A stretch of DNA of 60,384 nucleotides, taken from NCBI GenBank assembly GCA_965563795.1, contig CBEXJS010000002.1, positions 1 through 60,384 on the forward strand. Direction: 5' to 3'. The notes beneath the pieces were generated by a model. The model did not search any database. It was given only the letters and a program-made list of their open reading frames with translations, and was not told the origin of the DNA. The first letter of the stretch is position 1. The number at the start of each line of letters is the position of its first letter. Of the stretch, positions 47,530-55,608 are shown one piece after another. This DNA comes from an uncultured Thermoplasmatales archaeon (GTDB lineage Archaea > Thermoplasmatota > E2 > UBA202 > JdFR-43). The position numbers and the translations under genes are program-made.

Positions 47530-47983
47530 TCTATAAAAGAATTTGTGAAAGAATGCTAAATAACAATCTAGTCAAGAGCTTCCATTCACCAAATCCTTTT
47601 GTTGTTCTAATTTCTATATATTGCAACCCAGGTGTAAACCATTCTGGTTCAAAATATCTTAATGCTGGCCATACAAATCTTCCAAAAATGTATAACCTGT
47701 TCCCCATATGGTATGATTTGCCCTTTGCCCCTCCCCTCTTATTAATACACCAACTCCTCCTGTAAAATATGGTCCTACTCTTGCACTTACACTTATTTTC
47801 TCACAATCTGGAGGAGTAGTAAAAGTATCTCTAATCGACTTGCTTCTTCCAAAAACAATTATTTGTTATTTCATACAGATTATATGTTTTTCCTGCTTCC
47901 TTGTCCACTCCATATGCTGAAATGAAAGGAAATAGTAGCAAAGAAACAATGAGAATTATTTGTATAAAAGAAAAAGTTTTCAT
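47530..47983 (-). pseudogene. Possible decayed gene for a small secreted protein
   Basis: Minus-strand ATG 47983 opens a 50-codon ORF with a signal peptide (MKTFSFIQIILIVSLLLFPFISAYG...) that ends at TAG 47833-47831. Coding-like sequence continues in another frame (about 60 codons, ...FTGGVGVLIRGEGQRANHTIWGTGYTF...) and is then broken by further stops. Confidence 0.3.
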
Positions 47984-48042
47984 TGGCAATTTTTGTTCAT
48001 TCCTTTTCATAATTAATTTAAAGAAAAGGCAATAATAAAACT

Positions 48043-49257
48043 ATGGAAAAAATTGTTGCTATGATAATTATGCTTCTTTTCCTTTTCCCCTTTATAAGTA
48101 GTGAAAATACAGTCCATGTTGCTAACACAAATAATGTTTTATATGTTGGAGGCACCGGTCCAAACAACTACACAAAAATACAGGATGCAATAAATGATGC
48201 AAAAGATGGCTACATCATTTATGTTTACCCTGGCTATTATAATGAAAGCATTGTAATAAACAAAAGTATATCATTGATTGGCATAGGGGAAGAAAAGCCA
48301 GTTATAAATGGAAAAGGAAATGAATATACTGTATTGATAGAAGCAGATAATTGTACTGTTAAGCAATTTGTAATAAAAAATGGAAAGATAGGCGTTAAAT
48401 TAACAGATGTATACCACATTAAAATAGAAAATAACACTATCAGGTATGCATCTATAGGGATTTTATTATTAAATTCTTCACAATCTTTAATCAGAAACAA
48501 CACACTAAATGAAAATGGCATGGGAATCAATCTGCAAGGGTTTTCAAATAATAATGCAATAATTGGAAATATAATTTATAATAACAAGGGAACTGGAATA
48601 GGTATATATGGGATATTTTCTGAAAAAACGCACGGCATAACTATTTCATACAATAATATTACAAAAAATTTTGATGGCATCGAAATATTTGTTTCATCTG
48701 ATGGCATGATTTCCTTCAATCATGTTTACAAAAATAAACAATACGGAATATCAATTGATATTTGTGAAAACATGTCCATTTTAAATAATTCTATTCATGA
48801 CCATACATATGGAGGATTGCAACTGATGGATTGTTCATATAGCATTGTTGAGGGAAATGAAATATATGAAAATTCTGCAGGAATAATGGTGCAATCAAGC
48901 TATACATGGGGAGAACATTTCAATCTTATAAAGAGAAATGATGTATATTCAAATGCTGACTATGGAATATATGTGGAACGTTCTTTGTATAATGTCTTTA
49001 CTCAAAATAATCTTATAAATAATGGGAGGAATGCATGGTTCTGGTATCATGTTATTATTGGCAATCCTTCATTGCCAATAAGACCCTGTCACAATAGATG
49101 GTTCAATAATTACTGGGATGACTGGAAAAGTACTTTGCCAAAGCCGGTGGTAGGTTTACTGGATGTTGATGTTGACCTTTTTGATAGATACATATGCATC
49201 TGGAGTGGTTCATGGCTCAACTTTGACTGGCATCCTGCTTTAGAACCATGGAAGTAA
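48043..49257 (+). CDS. Secreted right-handed beta-helix repeat protein (PbH1/NosD-like), short paralog
   Basis: 404 aa with a signal peptide and beta-helix coils (IRNNTLNENGMGINL, IIGNIIYNNKGTGIGI). The C-terminal block is NNYWDDW...W. Confidence 0.7.
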   Translation: MEKIVAMIIMLLFLFPFISSENTVHVANTNNVLYVGGTGPNNYTKIQDAINDAKDGYIIYVYPGYYNESIVINKSISLIGIGEEKPVINGKGNEYTVLIEADNCTVKQFVIKNGKIGVKLTDVYHIKIENNTIRYASIGILLLNSSQSLIRNNTLNENGMGINLQGFSNNNAIIGNIIYNNKGTGIGIYGIFSEKTHGITISYNNITKNFDGIEIFVSSDGMISFNHVYKNKQYGISIDICENMSILNNSIHDHTYGGLQLMDCSYSIVEGNEIYENSAGIMVQSSYTWGEHFNLIKRNDVYSNADYGIYVERSLYNVFTQNNLINNGRNAWFWYHVIIGNPSLPIRPCHNRWFNNYWDDWKSTLPKPVVGLLDVDVDLFDRYICIWSGSWLNFDWHPALEPWK

Positions 49258-49317
49258 AATTGAAAAAGTGATTAACAAACATCACTAATAAATAGTTGTT
49301 TCATATATCGTTATAAA

Positions 49318-50160
49318 ATGCATGATGAAAAGCTTATTAAGGAATTAAAAAGAAAAGCTTTGCAGATAAGAAAATGGGTTATTGAATCTGTTTATAGGGC
49401 TGGTTCAGGTCATCCAGGAGGAAGTTTATCAATTGCAGACATTTTAGCATGCTTATATTTCCATGAGATGCGACATGATCCTAAGAATCCAAAATGGCCA
49501 GATAGAGATAGACTTGTTTTATCGAAGGGGCATGCAGCTCCTGCCTTATATGCTGCTTTGGCTTTGGCTGGATATTTTCCTGTTGAAGAACTGAAAAATT
49601 TGCGAAAAATTGGGCATTTCTTGCAAGGACATCCATGCATGAAGAAGGTGCCAGGTGTGGACATGTCAACAGGCTCTTTAGGCCAAGGACTTAGTGTTGC
49701 AGTTGGAATGGCTTTGGCTGGAAAGTTGGATAAAAGAGATTATAGAGTTTTTGTTATACTTGGAGATGGAGAAATTCAGGAAGGACAAATATGGGAAGCT
49801 GCAAATGCTGCATCTCATTACAAGCTTGATAATTTGATTGCTATATTAGATAGAAATAAACTCCAGATTGATGGACCAACTGAAGAAATAATGCATGTAG
49901 AGCCGTTGGCAATGAGATGGAAAGCATTTGGATGGGATGTTATAGAAATAGATGGACACGATATAGAGGAGATTTTGGATACATTTCATGAAATCAAATT
50001 AAATGAAAAGCCAACCATAATTATAGCTCATACTATAAAGGGAAAGGGTGTTTCGTTTATGGAAGGAACCTTATCATTTCATGGAAAACCTCCAAGTTAT
50101 GAGCAGTATATAAGGGCTATGAGTGAGTTGGAGCAGGAGGAGAGGGAGTTAAATGGTTAG
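49318..50160 (+). CDS. Transketolase, N-terminal (TPP-binding) subunit
   Basis: 280 aa with GHPGGSLS, LSKGHAAPALYA, GSLGQGLS and GDGEIQEGQIWEA. Confidence 0.9.
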   Translation: MHDEKLIKELKRKALQIRKWVIESVYRAGSGHPGGSLSIADILACLYFHEMRHDPKNPKWPDRDRLVLSKGHAAPALYAALALAGYFPVEELKNLRKIGHFLQGHPCMKKVPGVDMSTGSLGQGLSVAVGMALAGKLDKRDYRVFVILGDGEIQEGQIWEAANAASHYKLDNLIAILDRNKLQIDGPTEEIMHVEPLAMRWKAFGWDVIEIDGHDIEEILDTFHEIKLNEKPTIIIAHTIKGKGVSFMEGTLSFHGKPPSYEQYIRAMSELEQEERELNG

Positions 50161-51103
50161 CGCAATTTTAACAGATAAAAAAAGAAATTTGAGGGATGCA
50201 TATAGCTCAGCTTTAATTGAGCTTGGTCATAAAAATCCTGATGTTGTTGTTTTGGATGCAGATTTGGCTTTATCAACAAAAACAAAAAGATTTGGAACTG
50301 TATTTCCAGATCGCTTCTTTGACATGGGTATAGCAGAGGCAAACATGATGGGAGTAGCAGCCGGACTAGCAGCATGTGGAAAAATTGTTTTTGCTTCCAC
50401 CTTTGCTGTCTTCGCCACTGGAAGATGCTATGATACAATTCGCCAATCTATAGCTTATCCAGAGCTAAATGTTAAAATCGTTGCCACCCATGCTGGCATA
50501 TCTGTAGGAGGAGATGGAGCAAGCCATCAAATGCTGGAAGATATAGCTTTAATGCGTGTATTGCCAAATATGACTGTTATTGCCCCAGCAGATGCAACGG
50601 AAATGGAAGATGTTGTTCCAGCTATTGCTGAGCATGAAGGACCTTGTTATGTAAGGATAGGGAGGGAAGATGCTCCAATAATTTTTGAAACCCACGGAGC
50701 ATTTGAAGTAGGAAAAGGATATGTGTTAAGAGATGGAAGTGATATAGCCATTATAGCAACAGGAACAATGACTGCAGAGGCTTTAAAAGCATATGATTTG
50801 TTGAAGGAAGAAGGCATAGAAGCAAAAATAATTCATATGCCAACAATAAAGCCATTGGATGAGGAGCTTGTAAGGGAAGTTGCTGAAGAAACAGGAAGAA
50901 TAATAACCTGTGAAGAACATTCCGTTATAGGAGGGCTTGGAGATGCTGTTGCAATGGCTATAGCAAAAAAACCAGTTCCAATGATAAGGATAGGAGTAAA
51001 TGATGTTTTTGGAGAATCTGGTAAAGCAAGAGAGCTTATGGAAAAATATGGGCTAACTGCAGAAAATATTGTGGCAAGAGCAAAGGAATTAATTGAAAAA
51101 TAA
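50153..51103 (+). CDS. Transketolase, C-terminal (pyrimidine-binding) subunit
   Basis: 316 aa with FFDMGIAEANMMGVAAGLA and HAGISVGGDGASHQ. It overlaps the N-terminal subunit gene by 8 nt. Confidence 0.9.
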   Translation: MVSAILTDKKRNLRDAYSSALIELGHKNPDVVVLDADLALSTKTKRFGTVFPDRFFDMGIAEANMMGVAAGLAACGKIVFASTFAVFATGRCYDTIRQSIAYPELNVKIVATHAGISVGGDGASHQMLEDIALMRVLPNMTVIAPADATEMEDVVPAIAEHEGPCYVRIGREDAPIIFETHGAFEVGKGYVLRDGSDIAIIATGTMTAEALKAYDLLKEEGIEAKIIHMPTIKPLDEELVREVAEETGRIITCEEHSVIGGLGDAVAMAIAKKPVPMIRIGVNDVFGESGKARELMEKYGLTAENIVARAKELIEK

Positions 51104-51164
51104 TGAAAAAATGTTTTATTGCTATCTTCCTCATGCTAATATCCTAATAATCCTTCTTTCATTT
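51102..51164 (-). repeat. Unit of the dispersed repeat family directly upstream of the ubiquitin-like cassette
   Basis: AATGAAAAAATGTTTTATTGCTATCTTCCTCATGCTAATATCCTAATAATCCTTCTTTCATT is bracketed by AATGAAA/TTTCATT. Its left end overlaps the transketolase stop codon. Confidence 0.6.
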
Positions 51165-51226
51165 TGGGAATCATAGTTTCACAATAAAATTTTTTAATGC
51201 ACAATTAATTTTCTCATGGTGGCAAA

Positions 51227-51460
51227 ATGAAAATTACTGTTAAAGATGCTGAAACAGGCAATAAAGTAAATATGGAAGTTGAAGATGATAATACCATTGA
51301 AGAAATAATTGAAGAAGTGGCAAATTACTGGAAAAAGAATCCAGGAGCATATGTAATAAGATATGGAAAGAAAATTTTGCAAGCTGAGCTAACTGTTGAG
51401 GAAGCAAATTTGCATGAAGGAGATGTCATTGAATTAATTCCTGATCCAGAAGGAGGTTAA
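51227..51460 (+). CDS. Ubiquitin-like beta-grasp protein ending in Gly-Gly-stop
   Basis: 77 aa: [27 protein letters not shown]...[35 protein letters not shown]. It aligns by eye with eukaryotic ubiquitin ([26 protein letters not shown]...LIFAGKQL...LRGG). GGTGG lies 4 nt upstream of the ATG. The stop TAA abuts the ATG of the E2 gene. Confidence 0.8.
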   Translation: [77 protein letters not shown]

Positions 51461-51979
51461 ATGCCTCTTCCAAGAGATTTGTTATTAAAAAGAATAAAAA
51501 ACGAGATTAGGGAATGTAAAAGAAAGCTTAAACACCATTTTGTTGTTTCGGATCCAGAATTTAAAAAATTGCCATTAGAAATAACTGTTACATTGGTAAA
51601 TACCCCTGGACCAATATGGAGTGATGGAAGAGTAATTCATAAATTTACACATAAATTAAAGATAATTATTACTGAGGATTATCCATATCAAACACCTATA
51701 GTAAGATGGAAAAGCCCAATTTTTCATCCAAACATAATGCCTCCTGAAGATGGTGGCTATGTTTGCACAAAACTTTTAGAGGGATGGAGCTTTAAATCAA
51801 ATCTTTTAGCTTTTATTAAAGGGCTAGAAGTTTTACTTGCTAATCCAAATCCGCAGAATCCTTTTGAAACAGATGCATGTACAAGAGCTGCAGAATATTT
51901 TAATAAGCATCCCTACAATCCGCCAGAAATAAAGGAAAAGAAACCCAAAATTTTGAGAGAAAATGGTGAAGATAAGTAA
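51461..51979 (+). CDS. Ubiquitin-conjugating enzyme (UBC/E2)-like protein
   Basis: 172 aa with UBC core signature YPYQTPIVRWKSPIFHPNIMPPEDGGYVCTKLLEGW...LLANPNPQNPFE. HPN is at codons 89-91 (51725-51733) and the candidate catalytic Cys102 at 51764-51766. A GGAGG Shine-Dalgarno is formed by the Gly-Gly codons of the upstream gene. Confidence 0.82.
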   Translation: MPLPRDLLLKRIKNEIRECKRKLKHHFVVSDPEFKKLPLEITVTLVNTPGPIWSDGRVIHKFTHKLKIIITEDYPYQTPIVRWKSPIFHPNIMPPEDGGYVCTKLLEGWSFKSNLLAFIKGLEVLLANPNPQNPFETDACTRAAEYFNKHPYNPPEIKEKKPKILRENGEDK

Positions 51980-52490
51980 CGAAGAAAAGAAGGAGCCAAA
52001 GCTTCAGCCCCCTCCCCAGCAAATTTTATATAGGCATGGCAAGGAGAAAGAATTTGAATTGTACATAAAGGAAAATGCATTTCAAAGTTTGCTAGAGCAT
52101 TGCAATAAAATGGCAGAAGAGAATAAGGAAGCAATGGGATTTTTGGTAGGAGATGTAAAATATTGGAATAAAGAATATGCTGTTGTATATGATATTGCCA
52201 CTGCATCCTTAGATGCTTCTCCATATCATGTTAAATTCAGAAAAGATGCTTTTGAAGAATTATTTAATAAATTAGATGAAATAAGCTTTGATTATATACT
52301 AGTAGGATGGTATCATTCTCATCCTGGCTACTCAAGCTTTATGTCCGAAATTGATGTTGAAACTCAGAGAAAATACTTCAATAAAAGCTTTCATGTCGCC
52401 TTAGTTGTTGATCCAATTAAAAAAGAAATAAAAGCATTTAAGCTTAAAAATTCAGAATGCGTTGAAATAGGATATGCAATAGTTAAATAA
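51963..52490 (+). CDS. JAMM/MPN+ metalloisopeptidase (Rpn11/JAB-like)
   Basis: 175 aa with catalytic Glu context EAMGFLVG and a complete HxHx7Sx2D motif, HSHPGYSSFMSEID. It overlaps the E2 gene by 17 nt. Confidence 0.85.
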   Translation: MVKISNEEKKEPKLQPPPQQILYRHGKEKEFELYIKENAFQSLLEHCNKMAEENKEAMGFLVGDVKYWNKEYAVVYDIATASLDASPYHVKFRKDAFEELFNKLDEISFDYILVGWYHSHPGYSSFMSEIDVETQRKYFNKSFHVALVVDPIKKEIKAFKLKNSECVEIGYAIVK

Positions 52491-54024
52491 ACTCCTTTAT
52501 CCTTTTTAAAACAAATTCTCTTCCTAATGATTGAAGAAAATATCCTGCTCTTGGTCCACGCTCTTTCTTTAAAAATATTTTGTATATGGTTGAAAAAGCT
52601 TTGCCTGCTTTCATACGCATTTCTTTTGCAGTTTCATGTATAGCTGTATGAATTTTTTCGGCATCCCACTCAATTTTTTCAAAATGTTCTTTAAGCTTCC
52701 TTAAAAAATTCTTTTCTTCCTCCTCCAATTCAACATCTGGCTTTTCCCTTTGCAATTCAAATTTTATTTCTTCTGGAGCATAATTTTTGAGCCAGTATAG
52801 CACTTTTTCATATCTCTCCTTAAGTCTTTCTAAATCAACATCTTTCAAATCATATTTTCTTGATAGAATTTCAACAACTTCATCAAAATTTCTACCAATT
52901 TGAGCCACCACTGCCAAATGACGGTAAGGAATATTAAACGGCTTGCTTTTAGGCACTTTATATGGCTGGGAGAGCTCATAAACTCTCTTCACATCTTTCA
53001 TTCCAGCTATTTCCTTCTCCAGTCCAAAATATATTCTCTCATACTTATCGTACTCATCAACCAAATCCAACAAGCCAAAACCTGTATCAAATTCAATGTG
53101 GCGAGATGGTTCATACTTCATGAACAAAAATCTTAAAACTTCAGCAGGGAGCATTTTTAGCACTTCATTTGCGGCAACAGCAACGCCTGTGGAGCCGTGC
53201 ATTGCCCCTTTGCCCTTTAAATGAATGAACTCATATACTAATGGCATTGGGGGTTCATAATTGTATATTTTTTTGGAGATTTCTTTTCCTGTGTCCCATG
53301 AGCTACCTGCTGCAGCATGGTCTTTTCCAAAAGCTTCAAAAGTAACTCCAAAAATTTTCCATCTCGCTGGCCAGTCTATGCGCCATGGAAGTTTTCCTAT
53401 GCCTCCTTTTCTTAAGTCTATCTCCCCTTCAAATTTGCAACTTTTGCATTTATATTTTGCATATGGATATTCATATTCTACAATTTCTCCTTCTAATCTG
53501 TTGCAATTCTCACATTTAACATTGAATGGCATCCAGTTTGGTGGCAAATCTCTTTTTGCAATTTTTTCCAAAATTTCCCTAATCTCATTTGCTTTATCAA
53601 GAGCGATTTTTATTGCTTCATTATACTTTCCTTCTTTGTACAGTTCATGAGCAAGATATACCTCTGGTTTTATTCCTAACTCTTTTAAACTTTCTAAGAA
53701 AGGTTGCAAAAAATGCTCAGCATAATTTTTATGCTCATTGCATGGACAAGGTATCTCAGCTAAAGGCATGCCAACATACTTTTCATAATGAGATGGCAAA
53801 AAGGGATATAGTTTTCTAAGGGGATCGAAAGTGTCGCCAATGTATATAAGCTCCGCTTTTATTCCTCTATCCTTCAATGCTCTATAAATTGCTTCTGTAG
53901 TCATTACTTCTCTTAGATTTCCTACATGAATGGGTCCAGAAGGAGTTATGGCTGTAGCTAACACATGTTTATCCTTTTTCTCCACCAATTTTTCTGCTAC
54001 AACATCCGCCCAGTGCACACTCAA
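52483..54024 (-). CDS. lysS: Lysine--tRNA ligase, class I
   Basis: 513 aa. (M)SVHWADVVAEKL...PSGPIHVGNLRE is the class I LysRS N-terminus with the HIGH-like motif. The start is TTG 54024 or GTG 54018. Confidence 0.85.
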   Translation of the reverse strand: MSVHWADVVAEKLVEKKDKHVLATAITPSGPIHVGNLREVMTTEAIYRALKDRGIKAELIYIGDTFDPLRKLYPFLPSHYEKYVGMPLAEIPCPCNEHKNYAEHFLQPFLESLKELGIKPEVYLAHELYKEGKYNEAIKIALDKANEIREILEKIAKRDLPPNWMPFNVKCENCNRLEGEIVEYEYPYAKYKCKSCKFEGEIDLRKGGIGKLPWRIDWPARWKIFGVTFEAFGKDHAAAGSSWDTGKEISKKIYNYEPPMPLVYEFIHLKGKGAMHGSTGVAVAANEVLKMLPAEVLRFLFMKYEPSRHIEFDTGFGLLDLVDEYDKYERIYFGLEKEIAGMKDVKRVYELSQPYKVPKSKPFNIPYRHLAVVAQIGRNFDEVVEILSRKYDLKDVDLERLKERYEKVLYWLKNYAPEEIKFELQREKPDVELEEEEKNFLRKLKEHFEKIEWDAEKIHTAIHETAKEMRMKAGKAFSTIYKIFLKKERGPRAGYFLQSLGREFVLKRIKEFI

Positions 54025-54065
54025 ATAGAATTCCTCTAATTTATTTTTTTGTATTAAAAAAGAAA

Positions 54066-54243
54066 AATGGAAGAAATGGCTATTATTGGCTTTATTGCAT
54101 AAAAGGAATTTTTACTATAGTTGTTATGGCATATTCTCTCATGTGATAATAGTCAATGTCAAAAATTCATTTATTCAGCATACTGGAAAAATGAAAAATA
54201 TTTAAAAAATAATGAAAAAGATTGCTATGGGAGTTTTTCATTT
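54066..54243. repeat. Repeat units: plus/minus tail-to-tail pair (54066-54172) and short form (54211-54243)
   Basis: The plus arm is AATGGAAGAAATGGCTATTATTGGCTTTATTGCATAAAAGGAATTTTTACTATAGTTGTTATGGC. The reverse complement of the minus arm is AAATGAATTTTTGACATTGACTATTATCACATGAGAGAAT. The short form is AATGAAAAAGATTGCTATGGGAGTTTTTCATTT. Confidence 0.65.
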
Positions 54244-54302
54244 AAATAAACAGATTGATTTTCCTTATTTGTTTTGGAATAACAGCTATTTCTTCTATAA
54301 CT

Positions 54303-55136
54303 TTATTCTATTGCATTTATAACATCAATTAAGGTTTGACTGCTTGTATACCCTGTTTTAACATATTTCCATCTTCCATGGCTATCAAATATAGCAAGTG
54401 TTGGAATCCCTCCTTCAAGCACATATTTTGATGCAACTTTGTATTCATCCATGCCGAAAATCCATTTATTGACGTATTCTCCAAAAGTATTTTTTATTTT
54501 ATTGGCATCATCTCCTTCATATATGTCGAGAGAAATTATGTAAATGTTATTGCCAAAATGTTCCTTAACTTTACTAAGCTCTTTCATTTGCATATGACAT
54601 GGCTGGCACCATGTTGCCATAAAATCAACAATTACTGGCTTTCCTCTATAATCACTTAAATGTTTTACTGTTCCATCTAACAATACAAATGGAAAATCAT
54701 CTCCCATTTTTCCTTTTAATGCATCATCCATTTTTTGGAGAAACTCATTTAATGTTGTTATTCCAACGACTCTAAACAATTCTGTTCCATTTAAAAGAAA
54801 GATTACAGTAGGCAAATATGGAATATATTGTATGCCATATTTATAAGCTAATTGTCCTCCATCAGAAGAATCAACATCTACTTTTATGAGCAAAAAATCT
54901 TTTGCTTTTTCTATAAAATCATTAGAAGAAAAAACATTTTCTTCTAGCTTTTCACATGCAGAACATTGCTCTTTCGAATAAAAATATAGAATTGCATAAC
55001 TTCCATTTAACTTCTCTTTAACCTCCTCATAATTTTTCCATTCTTCTTGGCTTGAGGAAACTTTTACTTCCTTTTCTTCAATGCATCCAGTTAGTGGCAA
55101 AATAAGAATTAAGATTAAAGCTAAACTTTTCTTCAT
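54303..55136 (-). CDS. Lipoprotein with two thioredoxin-fold domains (TlpA/ResA-like thiol-disulfide oxidoreductase)
   Basis: Lipobox-like LPLTGC. The first domain carries CSAC and the second ATWCQPC. ATG 55136 forms an ATGA overlap with the trx stop. The track start 55154 extends into trx. Confidence 0.7.
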   Translation of the reverse strand: MKKSLALILILILPLTGCIEEKEVKVSSSQEEWKNYEEVKEKLNGSYAILYFYSKEQCSACEKLEENVFSSNDFIEKAKDFLLIKVDVDSSDGGQLAYKYGIQYIPYLPTVIFLLNGTELFRVVGITTLNEFLQKMDDALKGKMGDDFPFVLLDGTVKHLSDYRGKPVIVDFMATWCQPCHMQMKELSKVKEHFGNNIYIISLDIYEGDDANKIKNTFGEYVNKWIFGMDEYKVASKYVLEGGIPTLAIFDSHGRWKYVKTGYTSSQTLIDVINAIE

Positions 55137-55528
55137 ATATATCTCTCCACCCAATCCCTTAGCATATCCTCAGGCAAAGCTCCAACAAGCCTATCCACCA
55201 TCTTCCCTTCTTTAAACAGAATAAGCGTTGGAATACTCATTACTCTATATCTCATTGCCATTTTCGGATTTTCATCTACATTTAATTTTGCAAAAACTAC
55301 CTTTCCTTTCATTTCCTTAGCCAGCTTTTCTATAACAGGCGCTATAAGGCGGCAGGGACCACACCATGGCGCCCAGAAATCAACCACTACCACATCATAT
55401 TTAGAAATGATTTCATCAAAATTTTCATCTGTTGCTTTTAAAGGCTTGGATGGCATTTCTTCTTTCTTTTGCATATTCATTAGCATTTTTCTTAACATTT
55501 TTTGCTTCAATTTTTCCACTTCATCCAT
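55133..55528 (-). CDS. trxA: Thioredoxin
   Basis: Active site FWAPWCGPC. ATG 55528 (MDEVEKL) is preceded by TTTATATA-like boxes. The track start 55579 is over-extended. Confidence 0.85.
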   Translation of the reverse strand: MDEVEKLKQKMLRKMLMNMQKKEEMPSKPLKATDENFDEIISKYDVVVVDFWAPWCGPCRLIAPVIEKLAKEMKGKVVFAKLNVDENPKMAMRYRVMSIPTLILFKEGKMVDRLVGALPEDMLRDWVERYI

Positions 55529-55608
55529 GCTGGTTATATATTTAGTTATATAAAACGTTTTTGCATAATTTTTGCACAACCGTTTTATATAGCTTTTTAT
55601 TTACATTT

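Noticed and set aside
47382-47765. 127-aa plus-strand ORF in the long gap after C25 paralog 3
   Set aside because: It starts antisense inside the C25 gene and runs through the decayed minus-strand gene remnant. It has no recognisable features.
49318-51103. Genes flanking the ubiquitin-like cassette examined as hidden E1 or E3 candidates
   Set aside because: They carry unambiguous transketolase TPP- and pyrimidine-binding motifs. The downstream neighbour is class I LysRS. None has a ThiF-type GxGxxG adenylation domain or a RING-like Cys/His pattern.
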